From the IMG/VR virus record IMGVR_UViG_3300045988_176499: a stretch of 40,514 nt of DNA. One strand, 5' to 3'. Within the stretch, counting starts at the first letter, position 1; the number at the start of each line of letters is the position of its first letter. A program made the translations under genes and the position numbers. This DNA is from a virus. The notes beneath the pieces are model-generated. The model saw only the letters and a list, made by a program, of their open reading frames with translations. It searched no databases and had not been told where the DNA came from. Shown here piece by piece: positions 33,144-40,514 of the stretch.

Positions 33144-33157
33144 CTCTCTGCTGACTG

Positions 33158-33502
33158 CTATCTGGGCAGGACGATGCAACCGGCGGACAGACCGGCTGCG
33201 GACGTCGTGACCTTGATTTTTCCGGCGTTTGCGCCCTTCGTGATCTTGAAGCGGCCGGATTCGACTGCGACATACGCCGTTTTGTTTGCGCCGACGGAAA
33301 CGGTGATGTCGGAGACACCCTGGATGCCGTCGCCTGCCTTGATGGTGGCGGTGACGGCTGCCGATGAGGTGAGGACAATCAGGGTCGCTTCGTCGTTGCC
33401 CGGCGTCAGAAAGGCGCCGTCGGTGGCATCAACCGCGGTGGCGGCGTACTCTTCGCCCTGGTTCCAGATGAGCTTTTTCGTTACAACGTTTGCTGCTGCC
33501 AT
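33158..33502 (-). CDS. Small beta-rich virion protein, 114 aa (head decoration or head-tail joining candidate)
   Basis: AAGGAGG RBS. It sits immediately after the capsid gene. Ig-like composition. Confidence 0.4.
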   Translation of the reverse strand: MAAANVVTKKLIWNQGEEYAATAVDATDGAFLTPGNDEATLIVLTSSAAVTATIKAGDGIQGVSDITVSVGANKTAYVAVESGRFKITKGANAGKIKVTTSAAGLSAGCIVLPR

Positions 33503-33520
33503 AAGTAAGACCTCCTTTGA

Positions 33521-34342
33521 TTACGCGTTGTGCGCTTTGATGGCGTAAATTTCTTTCGGACGGACAACCTTTGCGCCGTAGGTATCCAGCACTTTGACGG
33601 CGTCGGAGAACTGCTTTTCCGGGCGGTACGGCTCGACCTTGGAGATGCCGGAGGCAAAGGAAACCGCGTCCTTCGTGCAGATCAGGATATAATCGTCCGT
33701 GCCGTCGTTGTGGACATTGTTGGTGAGCTTGACCGTCGCCTTGTTGTACTTGCCGACCTCGCCGGTACGGATGGTATCGACGTTGTTGGTCAGGAGCTGC
33801 GTCAGCTTGTCCTTGAACAGGTTGTAGAACCACGGGGACATGATGATGGTGACGTCGGCATTCAGGCGGACGCCGTTGTCCCACAGCTTGACAAACGCCG
33901 TATCAATGGCGGCCTTGGCTTTGTCAGCCGTGTCGATTTTTGTGGACGCGGAGGCAAAACCGGCGCCGGTTGCGGCGACCTGGGCGATGTAGGTGTCGCG
34001 GACTTCGGCCAGCTCTTCGGCAGAGCCTCTCATATACGCCTGCATGAGACCTTCGACGGCCTGCGCCTCGTCGATATCGTCAACAATGAAGTGCGTATAC
34101 TTGTACTGGTCGATGTCCATGAAGATGGACGTATCTGCCGGGGTTTCGGCGGCGGCGATATCGACGCCGGGCGTGTAGGTTTTGACCGTCGGACGGGCAG
34201 CGCCGATGATTTTCACGCGCTTGCCGAGGCCGATTTCTCCCTGGAACTGGGTATTGCAGACGTCTTCCATGACCATCATCTTGGTCAGTTCGTGCTGAAT
34301 GTGCTTCGACCATACGGTCGGTTTGAAATTCTCGTATGCCAT
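33521..34342 (-). CDS. Major capsid protein
   Basis: 273 aa, AGGAGG RBS, directly preceded by the scaffold gene. The N-terminal pattern KPTVWSKHIQHELTKMMV...NTQFQGEIGLGKRVKI is typical of a phage major capsid family. Confidence 0.6.
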   Translation of the reverse strand: MAYENFKPTVWSKHIQHELTKMMVMEDVCNTQFQGEIGLGKRVKIIGAARPTVKTYTPGVDIAAAETPADTSIFMDIDQYKYTHFIVDDIDEAQAVEGLMQAYMRGSAEELAEVRDTYIAQVAATGAGFASASTKIDTADKAKAAIDTAFVKLWDNGVRLNADVTIIMSPWFYNLFKDKLTQLLTNNVDTIRTGEVGKYNKATVKLTNNVHNDGTDDYILICTKDAVSFASGISKVEPYRPEKQFSDAVKVLDTYGAKVVRPKEIYAIKAHNA

Positions 34343-34366
34343 GATAAAATTCCTCCTGTTTTTCGG

Positions 34367-35161
34367 TTATTTTTTCCACTTGGACATGGATTTCATGACT
34401 TTCGCCATGATTTTCGGGTCGTCAAGCTCTTTGTCGGTCAGGCGGTCGACTTCTTCCGGCGTGAAGAACTCCGGTTCGGTTTTGCCCGTACCGACTGCGC
34501 CGGTATCCGGCGGCGTCGGCTTTTTGGACGCTTCGGCTTTCGCTTTGACCGCGCGGACTGCTTCGTAGGCGGTCAGGTTTTCCACACCGGCGGCGCGGAG
34601 CTTGACAAAGTCGGCCGGAAGGCTTTCCATGGTGATGTTTTCATCTGGATAGGCCTTTCTGAGCGCATCGACGTCTTTTTCACGGAGCGATTTTAGGTAT
34701 TCGCCCTTGTAGAAATTCAGCTCGTCGATGGATTGTTTGTAGGCGGGGTCGGCTTTCAGCTTTTCCTGCGCCTGACGTTCGGCGTCTTCCTCCCGCATAC
34801 GGATGACGGCGGGGTCGACGCCTTCGTTGCGCGCTTGAATGGCGCGGCGGATGTCATCCGGGTCCTGCGAGGCGATTTCCGCTTCTTTCTGGATGACGCT
34901 GCTGAGCCGCTTATAGCGCTCGACTTCTGCGCGGGACTGTTCAAGTTCCCGTCGCATCCGGGCAAAAGCGGCATTTTCTGCGCGGGTCTGGGGCTTTGCC
35001 GCCGACGCGGCTGGCTCCTGCTCCGTGCCTGCTTGTCCGTCAACGGTTTCGGACTGGCCAGCGGGCGGCTGTGCGCTCTGGCTTTCAAGCTGGGCGTCTA
35101 CGACTTCGCCCTGACCTGCGCCGGTCGGTTCTTCCACGACGGTTTCAGGTTTGATTTCCAT
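34367..35161 (-). CDS. Scaffolding protein
   Basis: 264 aa, highly charged and helical (rich in E, K, A, R). It lies between TerL and the capsid gene. AAGGAGGAAAA RBS. Confidence 0.6.
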   Translation of the reverse strand: MEIKPETVVEEPTGAGQGEVVDAQLESQSAQPPAGQSETVDGQAGTEQEPAASAAKPQTRAENAAFARMRRELEQSRAEVERYKRLSSVIQKEAEIASQDPDDIRRAIQARNEGVDPAVIRMREEDAERQAQEKLKADPAYKQSIDELNFYKGEYLKSLREKDVDALRKAYPDENITMESLPADFVKLRAAGVENLTAYEAVRAVKAKAEASKKPTPPDTGAVGTGKTEPEFFTPEEVDRLTDKELDDPKIMAKVMKSMSKWKK

Positions 35162-35178
35162 GGGTTTTCCTCCTTGGG

Positions 35179-36537
35179 TCAGACGATTTTATTTTTTGTG
35201 CCGCGCCCGACGGAATCCTCCATCTTTGCTTTGGGCGCGGAAGAGCGGGTAAACTGGAATTGCGGGATGATGGGCGGCGGCGGTTTGACGCCGCTTGTGC
35301 GGAAGACGCAGAAACCGCGGAGCGCATCCGGCGCGTGAGTGATTTCGTGCGGTTCCGTCGCGCAGTCTGTCGGATTTCGGTCGTCGTGGCAGAGCTGCGG
35401 AAGGTATTTGATGAGGTTCGTGCAGTTTTTGAAAATCTTGAGCATGGACGTATCTGCGCCGAACTCATCCTTGACGGGTTTGAGCTGTTCTTTGACGGCC
35501 AGCCAACCGGCGACGCGGTTGTTGGAGGTTTTCGTGAGGTGGATGCCGGCTTCTTCAAAGATTTCTGCCGTTGTGCGTCCGGTTTCACGCTGGCGGCTCC
35601 ACAAGTCCGGCGGCGCGAGAAATTCGTAGATGGGTTCTGAAGCGTTCATCCACAGGATTTCGTTTGCCGCTTCGGAGACCGGAAGGTTCGGCTTATGCAG
35701 CTCTTTGTAGACGTATGTCCGGTTGTCCGGGGAGACGGCGAACCACAGCACTGCACACATGTCGAGGCCGTAGTCCATGGAGACGTAGCGCCGCCATTCC
35801 GGCGGGATGTCGAACGGGTCGCAGACGTGGATATCACGGCTGAACTCTGAGAAATACTGACCGAGAAACGCGTCCCAGTTGCCGTCGCGCCATGCCTGAC
35901 GCTGCCCTTCCGGCAGGCTGTCGAGCCAGACAAGATAGCCCGGGTCTTTTGCTTTCAGCGCGTCGTTGTCGGACGCCTTGGCCTGAATGAAGGTGTAGTC
36001 CTTTTCGTATTCGCCGGGGCGGTAATCCCGGTCGATGAAGAGGCGTTTCACCCACGAATGACCGACTCCTCCCGGGTTGCAGGTCAGGTAAATTCGTTTC
36101 GGGATATCGTTGACGCCGCGGCAGCAGGACGAAATCCACATATACTGGTATTCCGTGAGCTGCGTCGCCTCGTCGATGAAGATGAAATCGTATTCCTGCC
36201 CTTGATATTGCAGGACGTCTGACTCCTGATCGCAGAAGCCGAGGCGAATCATCGCGCCGTTTTCAAAGAAAAACGCTTTTTCCGTCTCTTTGTAGCTTGC
36301 GATGCCGTTCAGCAGCGCCATCAGGGGACGCGTGTGGTTCTCGCGCAGTTCCGGCAGCGTCCGGCGGACAATCAGAATCCGGCAGTTTGGGTAGTTGAGC
36401 GCCAGCAGGGACGCCTTTGCACGGACTGCCCACGACTTGCCGCCGCCGCGCGCGCCGCCGTAGGCGATGTAGCGCGTATCTGCGCGGAAAAACTGCTCCT
36501 GCTTGGGATTCGGCTTGCCTAAAACCAGTGTTTTCAT
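35179..36537 (-). CDS. terL: Terminase large subunit
   Basis: Walker A is YGGARGGGKSWA and Walker B is FIFIDEATQ. Size is 452 aa, with a C-terminal nuclease-like region. Its start overlaps the upstream stop (AAATGA). Confidence 0.9.
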   Translation of the reverse strand: MKTLVLGKPNPKQEQFFRADTRYIAYGGARGGGKSWAVRAKASLLALNYPNCRILIVRRTLPELRENHTRPLMALLNGIASYKETEKAFFFENGAMIRLGFCDQESDVLQYQGQEYDFIFIDEATQLTEYQYMWISSCCRGVNDIPKRIYLTCNPGGVGHSWVKRLFIDRDYRPGEYEKDYTFIQAKASDNDALKAKDPGYLVWLDSLPEGQRQAWRDGNWDAFLGQYFSEFSRDIHVCDPFDIPPEWRRYVSMDYGLDMCAVLWFAVSPDNRTYVYKELHKPNLPVSEAANEILWMNASEPIYEFLAPPDLWSRQRETGRTTAEIFEEAGIHLTKTSNNRVAGWLAVKEQLKPVKDEFGADTSMLKIFKNCTNLIKYLPQLCHDDRNPTDCATEPHEITHAPDALRGFCVFRTSGVKPPPPIIPQFQFTRSSAPKAKMEDSVGRGTKNKIV

Positions 36538-37007
36538 TTTGCGAATTCAGCGGCGTCGCCGAGAACCACCTTCACGTCGCCTTCCGTAGAGACTTTCATC
36601 TCTTTCTTTTCCGTCCAGCCTTCGCGGCGTTCGAGCCAGAACTTGGCGCCCTGCACCGTATCACGGTTATAGAGCTTTTTCTGGTTGTAGATGGATGCGA
36701 GCTGTTCAATCCGGTCGCAGATGAAGTTGAAATCTTCAATTTCCTTCATCTTTTTTTCGGAGTATTTCGGTTCGCCGTCCGGCTGGGTCGGATGCCGGTG
36801 ATTTTGCAGCGTGGCGTCACAGATGTGACAGCGGCGCGCATACTCCGAAAGCATTGGGACGAGGTTCGGGTTCTCTTGCAGTTCCTTCAGGTAGCGAATC
36901 CCGACCTGAATTTTCTGCTCATAGGTCAGCTGCTTCCACCAGTCGAGCGGGATTCCGTCTTCATCAATTTCCGGATTGGAAACCGGATGTTCGACCTTTT
37001 TTCTCAT
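36534..37007 (-). CDS. Putative terminase small subunit, 157 aa
   Basis: It is directly upstream of terL with an ATGA stop-start overlap. The assignment rests on position; no diagnostic motif was seen. Confidence 0.4.
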   Translation of the reverse strand: MRKKVEHPVSNPEIDEDGIPLDWWKQLTYEQKIQVGIRYLKELQENPNLVPMLSEYARRCHICDATLQNHRHPTQPDGEPKYSEKKMKEIEDFNFICDRIEQLASIYNQKKLYNRDTVQGAKFWLERREGWTEKKEMKVSTEGDVKVVLGDAAEFAK

Positions 37008-37747
37008 GTCGTTTTCACTCCTATCTTCAAAATATTGACCGTCATTGCGGCGGTCGGGAGGGTTTTTGATACGAACGTCGCCTGATTGGCCGTGGAGACG
37101 TCGAGCATATAGACGCCGTTTTCACCGTATGCGCCGAAGCTGGCGGGGGACGGGCTGACGATGTAGCTTGCGCCGGACGCGGAAAGACCTGTGACCGTGA
37201 CCGTCTGGCGGTAGGTGTTGTCTGTCTGCTTTGTCCAGCCATTTGCGGGCAGCGAAACGGTCAGCTCCGGCATTTTGGCGGCATTGTCGGCGTAGGCAAA
37301 GATGTCCTGCGCTTTGGCCTGCGGGTCGTAGGTCGCTTTTGCCATGTCGGCAATGCCGGACTGGAACACGGCGTCTGCGACGACCGCCTGCACGAACGCC
37401 GTTGTAGCGATCTGCGCGTTGCTGGTCGTTTTCGCGGGGGTCGGGGCGGTCGGAACGCCGGACAGCGCGGCGCCGTCTGCGTTTGCCTTTTTGGTATACA
37501 GCTCTTCGAGCAATGCGCCGACGGTTGTCCCTTCCATGCCGCTGATGCTTTCGCCGATCTCGTTTGCGCCGGTGGAGGCGGCGAGGGCGTCAATCAGTGC
37601 GTTCAGCTTCGGGGCGACGACCAGCTTGACGAGCTTGTCAAACGACGCCTGCAAATCGGCGGCAGACATCTGCGGCTTGACCGGCAGGCTGGCGACGTCT
37701 TTGTTTGGGTAGTCTGAATCGTGGACTTTGAGAGTTGAAATACTCAT
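37004..37747 (-). CDS. Hypothetical virion protein, 247 aa, Ala-rich N-terminus and beta-rich C-terminus
   Basis: AAAGGGGTGA RBS. It lies between the portal and the putative TerS. Confidence 0.4.
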   Translation of the reverse strand: MSISTLKVHDSDYPNKDVASLPVKPQMSAADLQASFDKLVKLVVAPKLNALIDALAASTGANEIGESISGMEGTTVGALLEELYTKKANADGAALSGVPTAPTPAKTTSNAQIATTAFVQAVVADAVFQSGIADMAKATYDPQAKAQDIFAYADNAAKMPELTVSLPANGWTKQTDNTYRQTVTVTGLSASGASYIVSPSPASFGAYGENGVYMLDVSTANQATFVSKTLPTAAMTVNILKIGVKTT

Positions 37748-37759
37748 TTTTTCACCCCT

Positions 37760-39394
37760 TTACAGCGAAGTCGAACCGCCGAGCGTCGCCGCCATTTCAA
37801 CAGGGGCTTTTGCTGCGGCGTCCTGCGGGGTTAAGGTTTGAAAATCCGGGAGTGGGAGCTGCTGCGCCTGCATGGCGTTCTGTGGGTTTGTGGTCTGCCG
37901 TTTCAAGAGGATGTTCTGGAAATCCTGTTTCGGCGCGGTGGAATCGAGCGGGAGTGCGTCGACATATTCCTCAAACGTGATATAACCGCCTGCCATGGCG
38001 TTCATGATGGACTGTTCACGCGCGTATTTTGAGAACGGGTTTGTCGGGCTGGCGTCGATACGGACGCGCAGGCGAAGTTCGTCAAACGCTTCCGGCGCGA
38101 TGAAATCCGAGCGCACAAGCCCGTCGGACTGGTACTCCTCGACGGTCAGGCCGTTTGGCTGGTAGGCTTTCCACATGGCGAGCCAAACGACGGCGACGTC
38201 TTCGACAAATTCCTTGAACATGGCGATCTGCTCATTCAGCGGAATGGCCGCTTGGTCTTGGACGGCGATGATGGCCGCACCGGAAGCGCGTTCCGGGTTG
38301 ACCTGACCGAGCGCGGCGTCGCCTGCACCGGCGAGTTCACGCGTGTTCTTGATGATTTCCGCTTGCAGCAGCCCAGCCTCCTGGCTCATGGGCGCGGGGG
38401 CTATGTAGGTGAAGATATCCTTGACGCTTTGGACACTGGACGATTTGACCTCGATGGCCTTGCCGACGCTGTCAACGTCTGCCGGGTTTTCAATCAGGTT
38501 TTTCGCGTAGACCGGCTTGGCAAAGGCGTTCATCTTGGCGGAGATCAGGCGCCGCGCAAGCAGGCGGTTTGCCTCGATCTGGTTCGGGATGATGGGCAGG
38601 ACTTCACCCGTGCCGCGCGCGGAGTTCTTTTTGGGAATCCAGACGAACGACGCCATGGGGTACTTGGTCAGACCGGTGATAGGCGTGTCCGGCTGGTAGA
38701 TGACCGTCTGCGTGGAGCGGGCGATGTGGATTTCGCCGTTATCGTCGCGCCAGAGATACAGGAGGCAGCTGCACTTGCCGTCGCCCTTGACCTCCGTATC
38801 GTCGCCGACGACCGTTTCCGTGTCTTCGTCCGGCGTGATCTGCTCGATCAGTTCCTTTTTCAGCCCGTTTTTCTTGGCGTCGCGCTTGACGTCGTTGACC
38901 GGGCGGCGTTCATAGAGGATAATGTACTCCTGCTTTTGCAGGTCGCGCTGCTGTTCGTCGGCGAGGTAAACCGCCGTGTTGTCGATGACCTGCGCGTCGA
39001 GGTTGCGGTTGTAGAAATAGACATAGGAATCGCCGGAAATGCAGGCATCGCGGACGATGCGCCAGCAGAGATAATCCATCTTTTGGGCTTCCCAGTGCTG
39101 TTGGGCGTAGGTGTTCAGGTCGGCGCAGATTTTCTCGGCTTCTTTCGAAAAGTCGCCCTGCGCGTTGAAAACGATCTGCACCTGCTGCATACTGACCATG
39201 GTCGACTTATACTCGACGGTCGGGGCGATGAAGTTATAGACCGGCAGCTCGTCTGCGTTGGAAACGCCGTGCCACTGGTCGCCTTCAAAGAAACGGAATG
39301 CTTTTTCCGTGTTTCGATAGAGGTTCAGCTGGTTGTGGTGGTTTTTGCCTTTCTGGTACTTCTGCCAGATGTGCGTAGCTTCGAGGGCAGCCAT
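37760..39394 (-). CDS. Portal protein (putative)
   Basis: 544 aa, AGGAGG RBS, same operon as terS and terL. Size and helical, charged composition fit SPP1-type portals. This assignment is inferred. Confidence 0.55.
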   Translation of the reverse strand: MAALEATHIWQKYQKGKNHHNQLNLYRNTEKAFRFFEGDQWHGVSNADELPVYNFIAPTVEYKSTMVSMQQVQIVFNAQGDFSKEAEKICADLNTYAQQHWEAQKMDYLCWRIVRDACISGDSYVYFYNRNLDAQVIDNTAVYLADEQQRDLQKQEYIILYERRPVNDVKRDAKKNGLKKELIEQITPDEDTETVVGDDTEVKGDGKCSCLLYLWRDDNGEIHIARSTQTVIYQPDTPITGLTKYPMASFVWIPKKNSARGTGEVLPIIPNQIEANRLLARRLISAKMNAFAKPVYAKNLIENPADVDSVGKAIEVKSSSVQSVKDIFTYIAPAPMSQEAGLLQAEIIKNTRELAGAGDAALGQVNPERASGAAIIAVQDQAAIPLNEQIAMFKEFVEDVAVVWLAMWKAYQPNGLTVEEYQSDGLVRSDFIAPEAFDELRLRVRIDASPTNPFSKYAREQSIMNAMAGGYITFEEYVDALPLDSTAPKQDFQNILLKRQTTNPQNAMQAQQLPLPDFQTLTPQDAAAKAPVEMAATLGGSTSL

Positions 39395-39428
39395 GGAACC
39401 GCCTCCTTTCGTTTTGATTCAGCCGGAT

Positions 39429-39620
39429 TCAGCCGCGGAACCGGTTGATTTCATCGAGCTGCTTTTTCAAGCGCTCCTGCTCTTCGGACGTTGGTGTCGG
39501 CTGCGGGTCGTGCCTTGGTTTCGGGGTTTCCGGCGGGCGCTGACGCTCAAAGAGCAGCTTGGCGAAGAAGGCAAACGCGATGCCTGCGAGGAATCCGGAG
39601 AACAGACAGATGCCGGTCAC
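39429..39620 (-). CDS. Small membrane protein, 63 aa (one N-terminal TM helix and a charged Pro-rich tail); lysis-associated
   Basis: ATG overlaps the endolysin stop (ATGA). Hydrophobic N-terminus ICLFSGFLAGIAFAFFAKLLF. Confidence 0.45.
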   Translation of the reverse strand: MTGICLFSGFLAGIAFAFFAKLLFERQRPPETPKPRHDPQPTPTSEEQERLKKQLDEINRFRG

Positions 39621-40351
39621 AGAATCACCCCCCGGACGCCGAGATTGGAAAGCATACGCGCCGCCTCTTCGACGGTGACGTATTCTTCCGGCGTTTCATC
39701 TTCGCCGGTGAGGGCGGCGAAATCTTCATAGCAGACGTTCATGTCGACGTTTCCGATGATGCCGTCAATTCGCCCTTTGGACGTCCACTGCCAGATGACG
39801 GCCTGCGGATAGCTGAGCTTCTGACGGTTGTCTTTCCATGCGTCTGTCAGGGTTCTGCCTTCAATGTTTGGATATGCCGCGTACCAGAGCGGGTATCTGG
39901 CGCCGTCCTGCTTTTCAAACACCGCCGGTTCAATCAGGTTCTTTAGCCAGTTGCGGTTGGTATATACACCGGCTGACGTGCCGGTTTCACCGACGATTTC
40001 CAGCCAGCGCCGGAGCAGGGCAGAAATCTTCCGCTTGCCGAGGGCAGCGTGCTTTTTCAGCTCCATATCAAACCATGCGCCGAACTGCGGGTGAAACGCT
40101 TCACAGAACTCTGCGGCAAATCGGGCTTCCGCTTCGACGCCTTCTTCCGTTGTGGCGCCGGACGCAAAATACAGCCCGAAGGGGATGTCCGTCCGCAGCG
40201 CTTCTTTGATGTTTCTATCAAACGCGCTGTCCTGCGCCGTGCCCTGCGCGGCACGGATGATGACGAACGCCAGATGTTCGTTCCGGGCGAGTTTATCCCA
40301 GTCAATCTTGCCTTGGGCGGTGGAGATATCGATACCGTATTGTTCAATCAT
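39617..40351 (-). CDS. Endolysin, glycoside hydrolase family 25 muramidase
   Basis: GIDISTAQGKIDWDKLA...HLAFVIIRAAQG matches the GH25 N-terminal signature. The ATG at 40351 overlaps the holin stop; an alternative GTG start lies at 40360. Confidence 0.75.
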   Translation of the reverse strand: MIEQYGIDISTAQGKIDWDKLARNEHLAFVIIRAAQGTAQDSAFDRNIKEALRTDIPFGLYFASGATTEEGVEAEARFAAEFCEAFHPQFGAWFDMELKKHAALGKRKISALLRRWLEIVGETGTSAGVYTNRNWLKNLIEPAVFEKQDGARYPLWYAAYPNIEGRTLTDAWKDNRQKLSYPQAVIWQWTSKGRIDGIIGNVDMNVCYEDFAALTGEDETPEEYVTVEEAARMLSNLGVRGVIL

Positions 40352-40514
40352 GGGTGTCACCGTCTTTGTCTTTATCCTTACCCGCCTGCTTGATGAGCTG
40401 GTGGCCGTAGACGGCCGCCCCCGCGCAGAGGATGCCCTGCGTGACGGCTGTGAAAAGGCCGGTCACGCCGAAAGGCTCTCCGCCTCCGCCGATCCAGCAG
40501 ACGGCGAGCAGGAT
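40344..40514 (-). CDS. Holin, 3' part (C-terminus ...HQLIKQAGKDKDKDGDTHD*); 40396-40514 duplicates 1-119
   Basis: The frame is continuous with the minus-strand ORF at the window start across the terminal repeat. Confidence 0.55.
   Translation of the reverse strand: MLLAVCWIGGGGEPFGVTGLFTAVTQGILCAGAAVYGHQLIKQAGKDKDKDGDTHD
40396..40514. repeat. 119-bp terminal direct repeat identical to 1-119 (circular contig overlap or terminal redundancy)
   Basis: Exact identity, read directly. Confidence 0.95.

Noticed and set aside
1-40514. Diversity-generating retroelement or retron as the hidden system
   Set aside because: No reverse-transcriptase-like ORF and no template/variable repeat pair near the fibre genes were found. 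The repeats in the fibre gene are simple collagen codon repeats.
40396-40514. Terminal repeat as a genuine long direct terminal repeat (T7-like DTR)
   Set aside because: A coding gene (the holin) reads straight through it, and 119 bp is close to common assembler k-mer overlaps. Circular assembly overlap is more parsimonious, though short terminal redundancy cannot be excluded.

Overview
The window is a complete temperate phage genome of about 40.4 kb. Bases 1-119 are identical to 40396-40514, so it is a circular contig or terminally redundant unit with true length about 40,395 bp. It is high-GC with strong AGGAGG-type ribosome-binding sites (Firmicutes/Clostridia-like host inferred), and nearly all genes lie on the minus strand. 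Going down the minus strand from 23.0 kb: a lysogeny switch (Cro-like and XRE regulators) is followed by an Sfi21-type replication module. That module holds a AAA_24/Sak4-like ATPase, a DUF669 protein, an ERCC4 nuclease, a CHC2 primase-helicase and a tandemly duplicated iteron origin that carries a standalone copy of the primase C-terminal domain. Downstream come a Gp157-family protein, a DUF5664-like protein and an array of zinc-ribbon proteins with poly-Glu tails. Next is a 1.6-kb non-coding purine-rich region, then an 8-gene accessory operon. The late operon starts with tail-fibre-like genes including a collagen-repeat BppU-like fibre. It continues across the circular junction through a lysis cassette (small membrane protein, holin, GH25 endolysin, second membrane protein). 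It then runs through portal, putative TerS, TerL, scaffold, major capsid and a 2010-aa virion protein with a HExxH motif. The only sizeable plus-strand genes are a tyrosine integrase at 23994-25046 and three XRE repressor-like genes. The integrase is adjacent to an attP region containing a tRNA 3'-end fragment and GTGAACAG arm-type repeats. No tail tube, sheath or classical tape-measure genes are recognisable, and the layout resembles P22-like podoviruses, though this is inference. Many long plus-strand ORFs in the track are antisense shadows of minus-strand genes.
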